A stretch of 64,000 bases of DNA from Thermoplasmata archaeon (GTDB lineage Archaea > Thermoplasmatota > Thermoplasmata > Lutacidiplasmatales > UBA184): the NCBI GenBank assembly GCA_030043855.1, contig JASHWW010000005.1, forward strand, positions 9,088 through 73,087. The letters run 5' to 3'. The translations under genes and the position numbers were made by a program. Position 1 is the stretch's first letter. Every line of letters starts with the position of its first letter. The notes under the pieces are model-generated. The model was not told the DNA's origin. It was given only the letters and a program-made list of their open reading frames with translations, and did not search any database. Positions 55,489-64,000 of this stretch are shown in pieces.

Positions 55489-56441
55489 GCGGCGCCGTCG
55501 TGCCGGAGGCCGTCGTCGTCGAGGCGACGCCGTCGGTTCCGCGGGACGCCGCGGAACAGATGTTCCGGTACCTGATCTTCCACCGGTCGCTGCTCGGGGA
55601 GGGGGAGGACACGTCCGCCCTGCTCGAGCGGTACCTGGCCCTGGTCGAGAACCTGAAGGACGGGGTCCACCTCGTGATCCCCGACCCCGTGCAGAAGGCG
55701 ACGGCGCTCCTCTTCGAGCTCGTGATGGACGAGGCGTTCGACCCGTGGGAGATCGACCTGGCGAAGTTCACGCAGGCGTACCTCGAGCGGGTCCGTGCCG
55801 ACGGCGCGGTGAACTTCGCGATCGCCGGCCGTCTGCTGTACATGGCGTGGAGCATCCTCTACCTGCAGTCGGAGGAGGTCCTGCGGACCCGCGGAACCCC
55901 CGACCCGGGCGAACTCCCGGCGTCGGGCGAACTGCCGACGGACGACGGCTATCTGCCGCTGATGGAGACCCCCGAGGCGGTCGACGTCACCAGCACCGTC
56001 CTCGCGACGGGGGACACCCCGCCGCTCCTCGAGATGGTCCGCCACCCCGAGGTCCGGCCGGTGTCGCTGCTGGAGCTGGTGCGGGCGTTCGGGGCGGCCG
56101 AGGAGGACGCCCGGACCGCCCTCCGGGTCGAGGAACTGCGCGAGCGGCTGCGGGAAGAGCAGCGCGCCCCCCCCGAGGTCCTCGTCCACGGGGACATTCC
56201 CGAGCACGAGCTCTCCGACGCGTGGGAGGAGATCCTGCGGCACCCGGTCGGGGAGCCGTTTCCGTTCGTCGACCTCTGGGACCCGAAGACCGGCCGCGAC
56301 CACCTGGTCGCGCTCCTGCTCGCCGTGCTGTTCCTCGCGCGCGAGAAGTCGGTCGAACTTCGCCAGGACCAGGTCGCCGTCTCGCCCGTGATCGTGGTCC
56401 GGACGGCCGACGGCCGCCACCCGGTGGCGGAGGAGCCGTAG
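55485..56441 (+). CDS. scpA: Kleisin ScpA
   Basis: DPWEIDL, AGRLLYMAWSILYLQS, RPVSLLELV, LLAVLFLA...ELRQ; ATGA-coupled to smc. Confidence 0.9.
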   Translation: MSGAVVPEAVVVEATPSVPRDAAEQMFRYLIFHRSLLGEGEDTSALLERYLALVENLKDGVHLVIPDPVQKATALLFELVMDEAFDPWEIDLAKFTQAYLERVRADGAVNFAIAGRLLYMAWSILYLQSEEVLRTRGTPDPGELPASGELPTDDGYLPLMETPEAVDVTSTVLATGDTPPLLEMVRHPEVRPVSLLELVRAFGAAEEDARTALRVEELRERLREEQRAPPEVLVHGDIPEHELSDAWEEILRHPVGEPFPFVDLWDPKTGRDHLVALLLAVLFLAREKSVELRQDQVAVSPVIVVRTADGRHPVAEEP

Positions 56442-56444
56442 ACG

Positions 56445-57065
56445 ATGCCGTCGAAGCTCGACGACCTGGTGCTCGAGGTAGAGGCGATCCTCTTCGCGGC
56501 GGGGAAGCCGCTCAGCGCCTCCGAGATCGCGGCCGCGCTCGAGCGGGACGACCCCCGCCCCGTCCAGCGGGCCGTGCGCACTCTCGAACAGACGTACGAG
56601 AACCGCCAGTCGTCCCTCGAGGTCCGGCGGGTCGGCGACCGATACGCCCTCCAGCTCCGGGAACCGTACGTCGCGACCGTCCACTCCGTGACGCCCGTCG
56701 AGATGGCGCCGCGCACCGTGAAGGCCCTGACACTGATCGCCTATCACCAGCCGATCCTCCAGAGCGTCCTCGTCCGGATGATCGGCGACCTGGCGTACGA
56801 GGAGGTCCAGCACCTCCGCGGCCTCGGTCTGGTCCGCACGGAACCGAAAGGTTCGACCCTCGAGCTGACCACGACGCGCCGGTTCGCCGAGTACTTCGGG
56901 ATCGCGTCGAGCCGTCCCGAGGAGATCCGCCGATTCCTCGAGCAGAAGCTCGGCGTGCCTCCGCCGCCCGGGGCGGTCGATCCGGCGGCGGCTCCGGTCG
57001 CCCCCGACGAGCCCGCGTCGCCCGAGGTCCGCCCGCCGGACGCCCCGGCGCCCCCGGCCGCCTAG
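56445..57065 (+). CDS. scpB: Kite subunit ScpB
   Basis: VEAILFAAGKPL, ALTLIAYHQPI, TTRRFAEYFG. Confidence 0.93.
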   Translation: MPSKLDDLVLEVEAILFAAGKPLSASEIAAALERDDPRPVQRAVRTLEQTYENRQSSLEVRRVGDRYALQLREPYVATVHSVTPVEMAPRTVKALTLIAYHQPILQSVLVRMIGDLAYEEVQHLRGLGLVRTEPKGSTLELTTTRRFAEYFGIASSRPEEIRRFLEQKLGVPPPPGAVDPAAAPVAPDEPASPEVRPPDAPAPPAA

Positions 57066-57078
57066 GCCGACCGCGTCC

Positions 57079-59418
57079 TTACAGGCGACCGCAGTGCGGA
57101 CAGCGCACCGGTTCCGCCGGACGCAACCCGCCGCAGTAGGGACACAGGAACGTCGCTCCGCCGAGCGTCGAGGCGCCGGTCGAACCCGGAGGGTTCGACC
57201 CGAACGGGACCGATCCGCTTCCGAGGCGCGTGCGACGCGGCCGGGCCGCGACGACCACGAGCACGATCGCGGCGATCACGCCGACGCCGAGGATCGCGTA
57301 GACCGTGGTCCACGGGAAGACGGTCCCGCTGGTCGGGGCCGGGGTCGGGAGGGTCGGGGTCGACCCGTTGTAGACGTAGTTCGCGATGGTGCTGTTCCGG
57401 TCGGCGGCGAGGAAGAGCGGGGCGAGGAAGCCGCCCCAGCCGGTCGTCGCGTCCCACCCCGGACCCGCGGTGAAGACGTAGTTCGACCCCTCGGTCACGT
57501 CGAACAACGGGTCGTCGCCGACGTCGCTCGGGTGGGCGGCGTAGAAGCTCGCCATCCGGTACAGCTCGGGATCCAGGAACCCGAGCGGCTGGAACTGAGC
57601 GGCGACCTTCGAACGGACGGCGACCAGGTCGGCGAGGATCCCCGAGAGGACCGGGGCGGCGATGCTGGTCCCGGCCAGGAGCCCGTAGAACAGGACCCCG
57701 GTCGCGTTGCGGAACACGTAGGCGATCGTGTTGTTGGCCGGCATCGCCACATCGGGCCCGGCCCGGCCGAGCTCCGACGCCCCCTGCTTCAAGGTCGCGT
57801 TGACGATCGCCGGCTGGGCCGCGGAGTGGAACTGCCACCAAGGCTCGGGGTAATCGGCGGTCGCGATCCCGCCCTCCGACCCGGCGGCGAACCCCGCCTG
57901 CTGGTCGTACCACGCGATCATCGAGTTGAACCGCGGCGGCGTGGCGTTCCCGACCGTCGGATCGTACGAGACGTTGATCGCCGTGCCGTTGACGATGGCG
58001 GTCGGGGCGCCGGCCAGGTCGACGGTCACCCCTCCGACCGAGAGGCTGCCGGTCGTGTTGAACGCGGCCGTCGCCGGCCAGACGGGCCACTGGCCGTCGG
58101 CGCCGCGACCGGTCAACGAACCGGGCGCGTCGCCCTGATCGCCGCTGGCGGTGACGACCGTCACGCCCGTCGCCGCCGCGATCGTCAGGACGGTGTTCCA
58201 GGCGGAGTCGTTGAGGTTCGGGAGGCCGAACGAGCCGCTCACCACGGCCAGGTGGGAGGCGCCGTAGTTGTACGACAGCGCCGACGCGAGATCCTGGGCG
58301 AAGAAGTCCGCGATGTTCCCCCAGGGGAACGATCCTTCGAGCAGGCTGCCCGAGAAGTAGAAATTCTCGATCGTGGCGCCCGGGGCGAGGCTGCCGGCCA
58401 TCTCGACGTCCAGGGAGTTCTCGATCTCGTCCCCCGAGGAATCGGTCGCGTTCCCCAACGAGCCGGGGGACGGCGGGGTCGTGCCGGCGACCGTCACCGG
58501 CACGCCCCCGAGGGTGGGCATCGGCCAGCCCGGCCCGAGGGTGTCGTTGAAGTAGGCGTCCACCACCGACGGGTCCCACGGGGGCAGGTTCGTCCCCGTC
58601 GTGTTGTTGAACGAGCTGGCCAGCAGTGTCGCGATCGCGATCCCGGTCGGGTACGTCGGGTCGGTGACCTCGGTGGACCCCGGCCAGAGCGCGGTCGCCT
58701 CGTACGCCTGCGCGTAGTCGGACCCGATGAACCAGTCGGCGCCGCTCGCGTTGTCGTGCACGTAGAGCGCGGGCGAGCCGCCCGCCGCCACGGGGCCGAG
58801 CGCTTCCGGCGCGAGCTCGTGGGAGAATCCCGGATCGACCGCGTTCGTGAGGCCCCCGATCCCGACGACCACGCCGGCGAGGCCGGTGGCCAGGGACGGA
58901 GATCCCACGGCAGTGTAGAGCAGTCGCCCGTCCTGACGACCGTAGCTCTCGAGCGGCACCCCCGCGATCCGGGCGACGACCGGGGGAGTCGCCACGCAGT
59001 TGACGAGCACCCCGCCGTCCTGGGTTCGAACGTCCGTCGCGCCGAGAGCGGAGAGCTCCTCGGTCACGCCTTGGACCGCACGGGTCGACGGGCCGAATTG
59101 GCTCACGAATTGGTCGTAGGTGAGGAAGTGGCGGTAGTTCGGGGATGCGGGGGACTCGACGGCGGCCAAGTAGGCGGCCAGACCCGACGGGTCCGACCAC
59201 CCGAGCGAGAGGGTCAGCGCAATGGGGTCGGTCGCGGCGAGGGGGCGGAGCACGGCGCCTTCGGGTGCCGCCACCGCGTCGGTGCGGAGCAGCGACGGGG
59301 AGCCCGCGGCCGGATGGGCCCCCGGTGCGGCCCCCTGGAGCACCGGCACGACGAGGGCGCTCGCGACGACCAGCACCGTCACGAGGCCGGCTGAGACTCC
59401 GGACGGCCACCGGCGCAT
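57079..59418 (-). CDS. S53 (sedolisin/kumamolisin) serine-carboxyl peptidase with prodomain, C-terminal TM and Zn ribbon
   Basis: SPNYRHFLTYDQF prodomain; ENSLDVE, ASGDQG, GTSIAAP, GWDATTGWG; TM then CPYC..CPHC. Confidence 0.9.
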   Translation of the reverse strand: MRRWPSGVSAGLVTVLVVASALVVPVLQGAAPGAHPAAGSPSLLRTDAVAAPEGAVLRPLAATDPIALTLSLGWSDPSGLAAYLAAVESPASPNYRHFLTYDQFVSQFGPSTRAVQGVTEELSALGATDVRTQDGGVLVNCVATPPVVARIAGVPLESYGRQDGRLLYTAVGSPSLATGLAGVVVGIGGLTNAVDPGFSHELAPEALGPVAAGGSPALYVHDNASGADWFIGSDYAQAYEATALWPGSTEVTDPTYPTGIAIATLLASSFNNTTGTNLPPWDPSVVDAYFNDTLGPGWPMPTLGGVPVTVAGTTPPSPGSLGNATDSSGDEIENSLDVEMAGSLAPGATIENFYFSGSLLEGSFPWGNIADFFAQDLASALSYNYGASHLAVVSGSFGLPNLNDSAWNTVLTIAAATGVTVVTASGDQGDAPGSLTGRGADGQWPVWPATAAFNTTGSLSVGGVTVDLAGAPTAIVNGTAINVSYDPTVGNATPPRFNSMIAWYDQQAGFAAGSEGGIATADYPEPWWQFHSAAQPAIVNATLKQGASELGRAGPDVAMPANNTIAYVFRNATGVLFYGLLAGTSIAAPVLSGILADLVAVRSKVAAQFQPLGFLDPELYRMASFYAAHPSDVGDDPLFDVTEGSNYVFTAGPGWDATTGWGGFLAPLFLAADRNSTIANYVYNGSTPTLPTPAPTSGTVFPWTTVYAILGVGVIAAIVLVVVAARPRRTRLGSGSVPFGSNPPGSTGASTLGGATFLCPYCGGLRPAEPVRCPHCGRL

Positions 59419-59508
59419 TCCCTGTACGGACGCGGCAGGGGTACTAATGGGCACCACCGTTCCCCGGCCGGGGCCAACACTTTAGTTTGGCCCGCGCTCG
59501 CCGCGGGG

Positions 59509-59934
59509 ATGCCGGCCCCCGCTCCCCCACCCGACGGGCCGTGCGTCTTCTGCGAGATCGCGGCGAAGCGGTCCCCCGCATGGATCGTCCACGAGGACGG
59601 CGCGACCGTCGCCTTCCTCGACATCTTTCCGTTCACGCGCGGCCACCTGCTGGTGATCCCCCGCGAGCACGGAGCCCGACTGACCGACCTCACTCCCGAG
59701 GCCCAGCGGGCGCTGATCCGCAGCGTGGCCGAGTTGTGCGGCCGCGTCGAGCGCCTCGCCCCCGACTACAACGTCGCGCTGAACGCCGGAGCGGCGGCCG
59801 GGCAGATCGTCTTTCACGTGCACTTTCACGTGATCCCGCGGTACGGCGAAGCGAACCCGTTCCGGGCCACGACCCGGGCCCCGCTCGAAGCCGGCGATGC
59901 CCGGAAGCTGCTCGTCGAGCTCGCCCGTCCCTGA
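59509..59934 (+). CDS. HIT family hydrolase
   Basis: CVFC, AFLDIFP..RGHLLVIP, AGQIVFHVHFHVIPR. Confidence 0.93.
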   Translation: MPAPAPPPDGPCVFCEIAAKRSPAWIVHEDGATVAFLDIFPFTRGHLLVIPREHGARLTDLTPEAQRALIRSVAELCGRVERLAPDYNVALNAGAAAGQIVFHVHFHVIPRYGEANPFRATTRAPLEAGDARKLLVELARP

Positions 59935-59940
59935 GGGTCG

Positions 59941-60801
59941 ATGCCGGCGCTGCCCCGACGTCCGGCGGTCGCGGGGCAGTTCTATCCGTCGGACGCCGCC
60001 GAATTGACCCGGTTGGTCGAGGCGTGCTTCACGGACGCCCGCGGTCCGGGGGAGCTTCCTCCTCGTCGGCGATCGACGGACCGCTCGCTCCAAGCCGCCG
60101 TCGTCCCGCACGCGGGGCTCGTCTACTCCGGTGCGATCGCCGCCCACCTCTACGCCGAGATCGCCGCGCAGCGCCCGCCCGACGCGGTCGTGATCCTCGG
60201 GGTCGACCACCACGGGGGCGCTTCCTGGCCCTCGGTGTCCGGGCGTCCCTGGGCAACCCCCCTCGGGCCCGTGCCGGTGGCGGAGGACCTCGCGCGAGCC
60301 CTGGTCCGCGGACCGATCCGTCTCGACGAGGACGCGCAGCGGGACGAACATTCGATCGAGGTGCAGCTCCCGTTCCTCGACTACGTCCTGCCGCACCCCC
60401 GGTTCGTGGCGCTCCAGGTCCCGTTCGGCCGGTTCGAAGCGTTGGCGCGCGTGGGAGCCGAGCTCCGGGACGCCATCGCCGACCGGGACGTGCTGCTGCT
60501 CGCGTCGACCGACTTCTCCCATTACGTCCCGGCGGAGGTCGCGGAGCGGCTCGACCGGATGGCGATCGATGCGATCCTCGCGGGCGATGCGCGTCGGCTC
60601 TACGACACGGTGGCGGCGAACGACATCTCGATGTGCGGGATCGCTCCCACCACCGCGCTCTTGGCCGCGGTCGCGGGCCGCGGGCTGGTTCCCCGGCTGC
60701 TTCGCTGGGGTCACTCGGGGGAGGTGGCGCGGATGCGCGATGTCGTCGGATACGCCGCGCTCGCTCTCGAAGCGCCCCCCGTCCCGCCCTCCGTTAAATA
60801 G
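59941..60801 (+). CDS. MEMO1-family protein (AmmeMemoRadiSam protein B)
   Basis: RRPAVAGQFYP, PHAGLVYSG, EHSIEVQLPFL, ASTDFSHY, SMCG, VVGY. Confidence 0.92.
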   Translation: MPALPRRPAVAGQFYPSDAAELTRLVEACFTDARGPGELPPRRRSTDRSLQAAVVPHAGLVYSGAIAAHLYAEIAAQRPPDAVVILGVDHHGGASWPSVSGRPWATPLGPVPVAEDLARALVRGPIRLDEDAQRDEHSIEVQLPFLDYVLPHPRFVALQVPFGRFEALARVGAELRDAIADRDVLLLASTDFSHYVPAEVAERLDRMAIDAILAGDARRLYDTVAANDISMCGIAPTTALLAAVAGRGLVPRLLRWGHSGEVARMRDVVGYAALALEAPPVPPSVK

Positions 60802-60830
60802 CGCCCTCGGCTCGGCGCGCCCGTTCCGGC

Positions 60831-61424
60831 ATGATCCTCTCCGACACTCGGATCCGCGCCGCGATGCGGGACGGCCGCATCGTCATCCGCCCATATCGGC
60901 CCGAGTGCCTCGGTACGAACTCCTACGACGTCCACCTGGGCCCGTACCTCGCCGTCTATCGGTCGGCGGCGCTCGACGCCAGGGTGGCGAACCCGGTCCG
61001 CGAGTTCCGGATCCCGAAGACCGGGTACGTGCTCGTCCCCGGCCAGCTGTACCTGGGCGTCACGGAGGAGTACACGGAGACGCACGGGTACGTCCCGTTC
61101 CTCGAAGGCAAGTCGAGCGTCGGACGCCTGGGGATCGACATCCACTCGACCGCCGGAAAGGGGGACGAAGGGTTCTGCAACTACTGGACCCTCGAGATGA
61201 GCGTGAAGATCCCGGTCCGGATCTACGCGGGGATGCCGGTCGGGCAGTTGATCTACTTCGAGATCTCCGGGACGGTCGACCGCAGCTACGCGACGAAGGC
61301 GTCCGCGAAGTACCGGGCGGTGAGCCGCCACCCGACCCCGTCGCGCATGCACCTCAATTTCCCGACGTCGGGGCGGGGCCGCTCCCGCGCCGGCCGCCGG
61401 GCGACGAAGCCCGCCCCCCGGTAG
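60831..61424 (+). CDS. dcd: dCTP deaminase
   Basis: MILSD, SYDVHL, GKSSVGRLG, WTLE, GQLIYF. Confidence 0.92.
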   Translation: MILSDTRIRAAMRDGRIVIRPYRPECLGTNSYDVHLGPYLAVYRSAALDARVANPVREFRIPKTGYVLVPGQLYLGVTEEYTETHGYVPFLEGKSSVGRLGIDIHSTAGKGDEGFCNYWTLEMSVKIPVRIYAGMPVGQLIYFEISGTVDRSYATKASAKYRAVSRHPTPSRMHLNFPTSGRGRSRAGRRATKPAPR

Positions 61425-64000
61425 GCTCTCCGGGGGGTCCGATCAGGTAGAACGCCGGACGGCCCGGTCGGGCGCGCTCGCGGCGTCCCTTCGGGTCGTG
61501 CGGTCCAGCCTCCGATTCCGCGTGCACGGTGACCTGCTCGAACCCGTACCGCCGGAGCAGGTACGCCTCGACCGCCCGGAGGCACCCGAGCTCGTCGACC
61601 TCCGCCGGAACGACACGGGGCTCGTTGCGGAGCAGGGGGAGGACGCGCTGCACGTACTTCGGCATCTCCGGCCGGAACGCGGCGAGCTCGGGGCGCGCGG
61701 CGGCCCGGTCGAGGATCGATCGGATCGTCGGCTCCTCGCCCCGCGCGAGATCGTCGCGGATCCACGACTCCACGGTCGCCTTCCACGGCGCCGCGACGAA
61801 GAACGCGACCTCCCGGTACGGTGCCTCCGCGCGTTCGAGGGACGGCCGGAGGACGGCGCGGAGGTCCTCCTCGACACGCTCGAGGAACGTCTCCTGCCGC
61901 TCGGCGCGCTCCGACCGCGCGAACTCCCCCGGGTCGGGGAACGCCGTCGTGGCGACGAGGTCGCCGCCGGCCGGGTGGAGCTCTTCGGCGAGATGCGGGG
62001 TGATCGGCGAGAGCAGGCGGATCCAGCATCGGGCGACGCGGTCGGTCGCGTCCCCCGCCTGGCCCCCCCGCGTGTAATAGCGCCGGAGGAGCGACGGCAA
62101 CCGAACGTAGGTCAGCTCCGCGGCGGTCCGAAGATCCGTCCCCTCGTACGCGGCCCGGACCTCTCCGACCAGGCCGTGGCACGCCGAGAGGAGCCAGGCG
62201 TCCAGTTCCGGCTCGCCGGCCCCCGCGCCGCGGGCCTCGCGAACCATCCGCTCGACGTCGGCCAGACGTTCCCGGGCGGCGTCCAAGAGCGAGGTCTCCC
62301 ACTCGACATCCTGCGACGGCGAGCTCGCGAGCGTGTACATCAGCCGCAGGGCGTCCGCTCCGGACTGCTCCAACGCGACGGCGATCCCGGGGATCCGGCC
62401 CCCCTTGGCGCCGACCTCCTTCTTCGAGAGCTTCCCCCCGCTGGTCCCCGTGATCCAGCCGTTCACGTAGATCCCGTGCGGCTGCAGCGGCTCGTCGAGC
62501 AGCGCGACGTGGGTGAACAGGAACGCGGGGAAGTGGACCCGCTTGTGCTCCTTCCCTCCGCAGTTGTAGTCGAGCGGATACCAGTAGAGGAACTCCGCGC
62601 GCACTTCGTCGAGGACCGCTCGCTCCACCTTCGGCTCGCCCGGACCGGCGCCCCGGAAGACGTACTCGAAGAACGCGTCGGTCAGCTGGTCGGTCCGGAG
62701 GCGCCCCGTCGCCACGAACCTCCGGACGACGTAGTACGCCATGTAGAACGTCGAGTCGGCGATCGGTTCGATCACCCACTCCGGGTCGAACGGCAACGGG
62801 GTGCCGAGCCAGCGGCCCCGTCGGGTGCACGGGCGGTCACCGAACCAATCGACGATTCCCGACAACTCCTCCCGGTACTCCGCCGGCCAGGTGACGAGAT
62901 GGTCGAGTCGGGCCCGGACCTTCGACTTCCAGGACGGGTCGGCGTAATGGAGGAACCACTGGTCCGGGACGCGGCGGATCACCACGGCGTGGCCGTTCCG
63001 ACACACGACCGGCTTCGAGAACTCCTGCAGGGGGAAGCTCGTCCCCGTGCGCGCCAACCGTTCGGCGACCTGCTCGCGAGCGTCCCGTACCAGCACCCCT
63101 TGCAGCTCGGGAACGGTCATCCGCCCGCGGACGTACTCGAGGCGGTAGAGGCGCTCGGTAGCGGTATCGACGGCGGCACGATCCGAGAGACCTCGCGCAC
63201 CGGCCGCCCGCAGCGCCCGGTCGGCGGGCGAACCGGACCCTTGGAGCAGCTCTCGATCGGACGGGGAGAGCGCGGCATCGGCCGGGATCTCCAGGAGGAT
63301 AGGTCCCGGGGCGACCGCGCTCCGGAGATCGGGTCCGAGCTCGGCGAGCGCCGCGGCGTCGGCCGGCGCATGGGCCGGCACGCTCATCACGACGCCGGTG
63401 CCCACGGCGGGGTCGACGAGGGCGCTTTCGAGGATCGGGACCTCGGCCGCGCCGATCGGCGGGCGGACGGTCCGACCCACCAGTTCGGACGGGGGGACCG
63501 GGTGGCCGACTCGCCCTCCGTGCTGTTCCACGAGGCGCTCGGCCGCGGGCCGCGTCACGAGGAACTGGTGGTCTCCTTGATGCCAGACGACCAGCGGAAC
63601 GCCGGGCGCCACCCACAGGTTCGTGACGCCGTAGACCGTCTCCGGTCGCAACGTTGCGGCCAGAAGGATCCGGCCGTCCGGAAGGGAGAACGGCACGGTG
63701 GTGAATCGAACGACCTCGGCGTCCCCGCCCGAGTCGAGGTCGGTCTCGGACGGATCGACCGCCACCGGCCCGCAGACGGGGCAGACCGGCGCGAAGTACG
63801 TCCCCTTCACGAGGGCCCCCGCCCGCTCCAACGCTCGGAACTGCCACCGGACGAACGCGCGATAGTCGTCGTCGACCGTCGTCAGGTAGGTCGCCTCGTC
63901 CACCAGGACGCCGAGCGAGCGGAGGACGACCCGATACGTCTCGCCCAAGAACCGCGCCGCCGCCTCCGGGTCCTCGAGCCGGACCCACTCTTGCTCCGGG
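61354..64000 (-). CDS. leuS: Leucyl-tRNA synthetase, archaeal type, 5' end outside window
   Basis: AATLRPETVYG, CP1 GTGVVMSVPAHAP, QWFLHY, LGTPLPFD..WVIEPIADST, YWYPLD, GADALR, PITPHLAEE; frame open to the window edge. Confidence 0.9.
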   Translation of the reverse strand, partial: PEQEWVRLEDPEAAARFLGETYRVVLRSLGVLVDEATYLTTVDDDYRAFVRWQFRALERAGALVKGTYFAPVCPVCGPVAVDPSETDLDSGGDAEVVRFTTVPFSLPDGRILLAATLRPETVYGVTNLWVAPGVPLVVWHQGDHQFLVTRPAAERLVEQHGGRVGHPVPPSELVGRTVRPPIGAAEVPILESALVDPAVGTGVVMSVPAHAPADAAALAELGPDLRSAVAPGPILLEIPADAALSPSDRELLQGSGSPADRALRAAGARGLSDRAAVDTATERLYRLEYVRGRMTVPELQGVLVRDAREQVAERLARTGTSFPLQEFSKPVVCRNGHAVVIRRVPDQWFLHYADPSWKSKVRARLDHLVTWPAEYREELSGIVDWFGDRPCTRRGRWLGTPLPFDPEWVIEPIADSTFYMAYYVVRRFVATGRLRTDQLTDAFFEYVFRGAGPGEPKVERAVLDEVRAEFLYWYPLDYNCGGKEHKRVHFPAFLFTHVALLDEPLQPHGIYVNGWITGTSGGKLSKKEVGAKGGRIPGIAVALEQSGADALRLMYTLASSPSQDVEWETSLLDAARERLADVERMVREARGAGAGEPELDAWLLSACHGLVGEVRAAYEGTDLRTAAELTYVRLPSLLRRYYTRGGQAGDATDRVARCWIRLLSPITPHLAEELHPAGGDLVATTAFPDPGEFARSERAERQETFLERVEEDLRAVLRPSLERAEAPYREVAFFVAAPWKATVESWIRDDLARGEEPTIRSILDRAAARPELAAFRPEMPKYVQRVLPLLRNEPRVVPAEVDELGCLRAVEAYLLRRYGFEQVTVHAESEAGPHDPKGRRERARPGRPAFYLIGPPGEPTGGRASSPGGRRGSGPAPTSGN

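Noticed and set aside
51859-57065. SMC locus as a Wadjet/MksBEF defence system
   Set aside because: Canonical SMC hinge with ScpA and ScpB, and no JetD/topoisomerase-like nuclease nearby
1-64000. CRISPR arrays, IS elements, prophage genes, rRNA
   Set aside because: No regularly spaced repeats, transposase/integrase motifs or rRNA-like sequence were seen by eye

Overview
A gene-dense, very GC-rich archaeal segment. It carries a group II chaperonin, aIF5B, a TFB, archaeal-type LeuRS, TruD and SMC-ScpA-ScpB, and has TATA boxes ~25 nt before start codons. Gene content and style suggest a high-GC Thermoplasmatota lineage (inference). Most of the window is housekeeping and metabolism. I found no CRISPR array, rRNA, transposase or integrase. 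The main items of interest are: (1) a tightly coupled four-gene operon at 41.8-48.0 kb encoding a GT2 glycosyltransferase fused to a Pol-beta-type nucleotidyltransferase, two SAM methyltransferases with unusual accessory domains, and a DUF2079-like GT-C membrane protein. It is the best candidate here for an undescribed surface glycan/glycolipid modification system. (2) A tRNA-Asp(GTC) with a 33-nt BHB intron at non-canonical T-loop position 59/60. (3) A membrane protein + wHTH regulator with a repeated TTGRACCAA operator-like motif ahead of a blue-copper-protein operon. (4) A GDGT ring-synthase-like radical SAM gene near an HTH-CBS regulator. (5) A PPi-type phosphofructokinase. (6) A probable CTG-initiated ABC permease. 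All family calls come from motif recognition by eye; no database searches were run.
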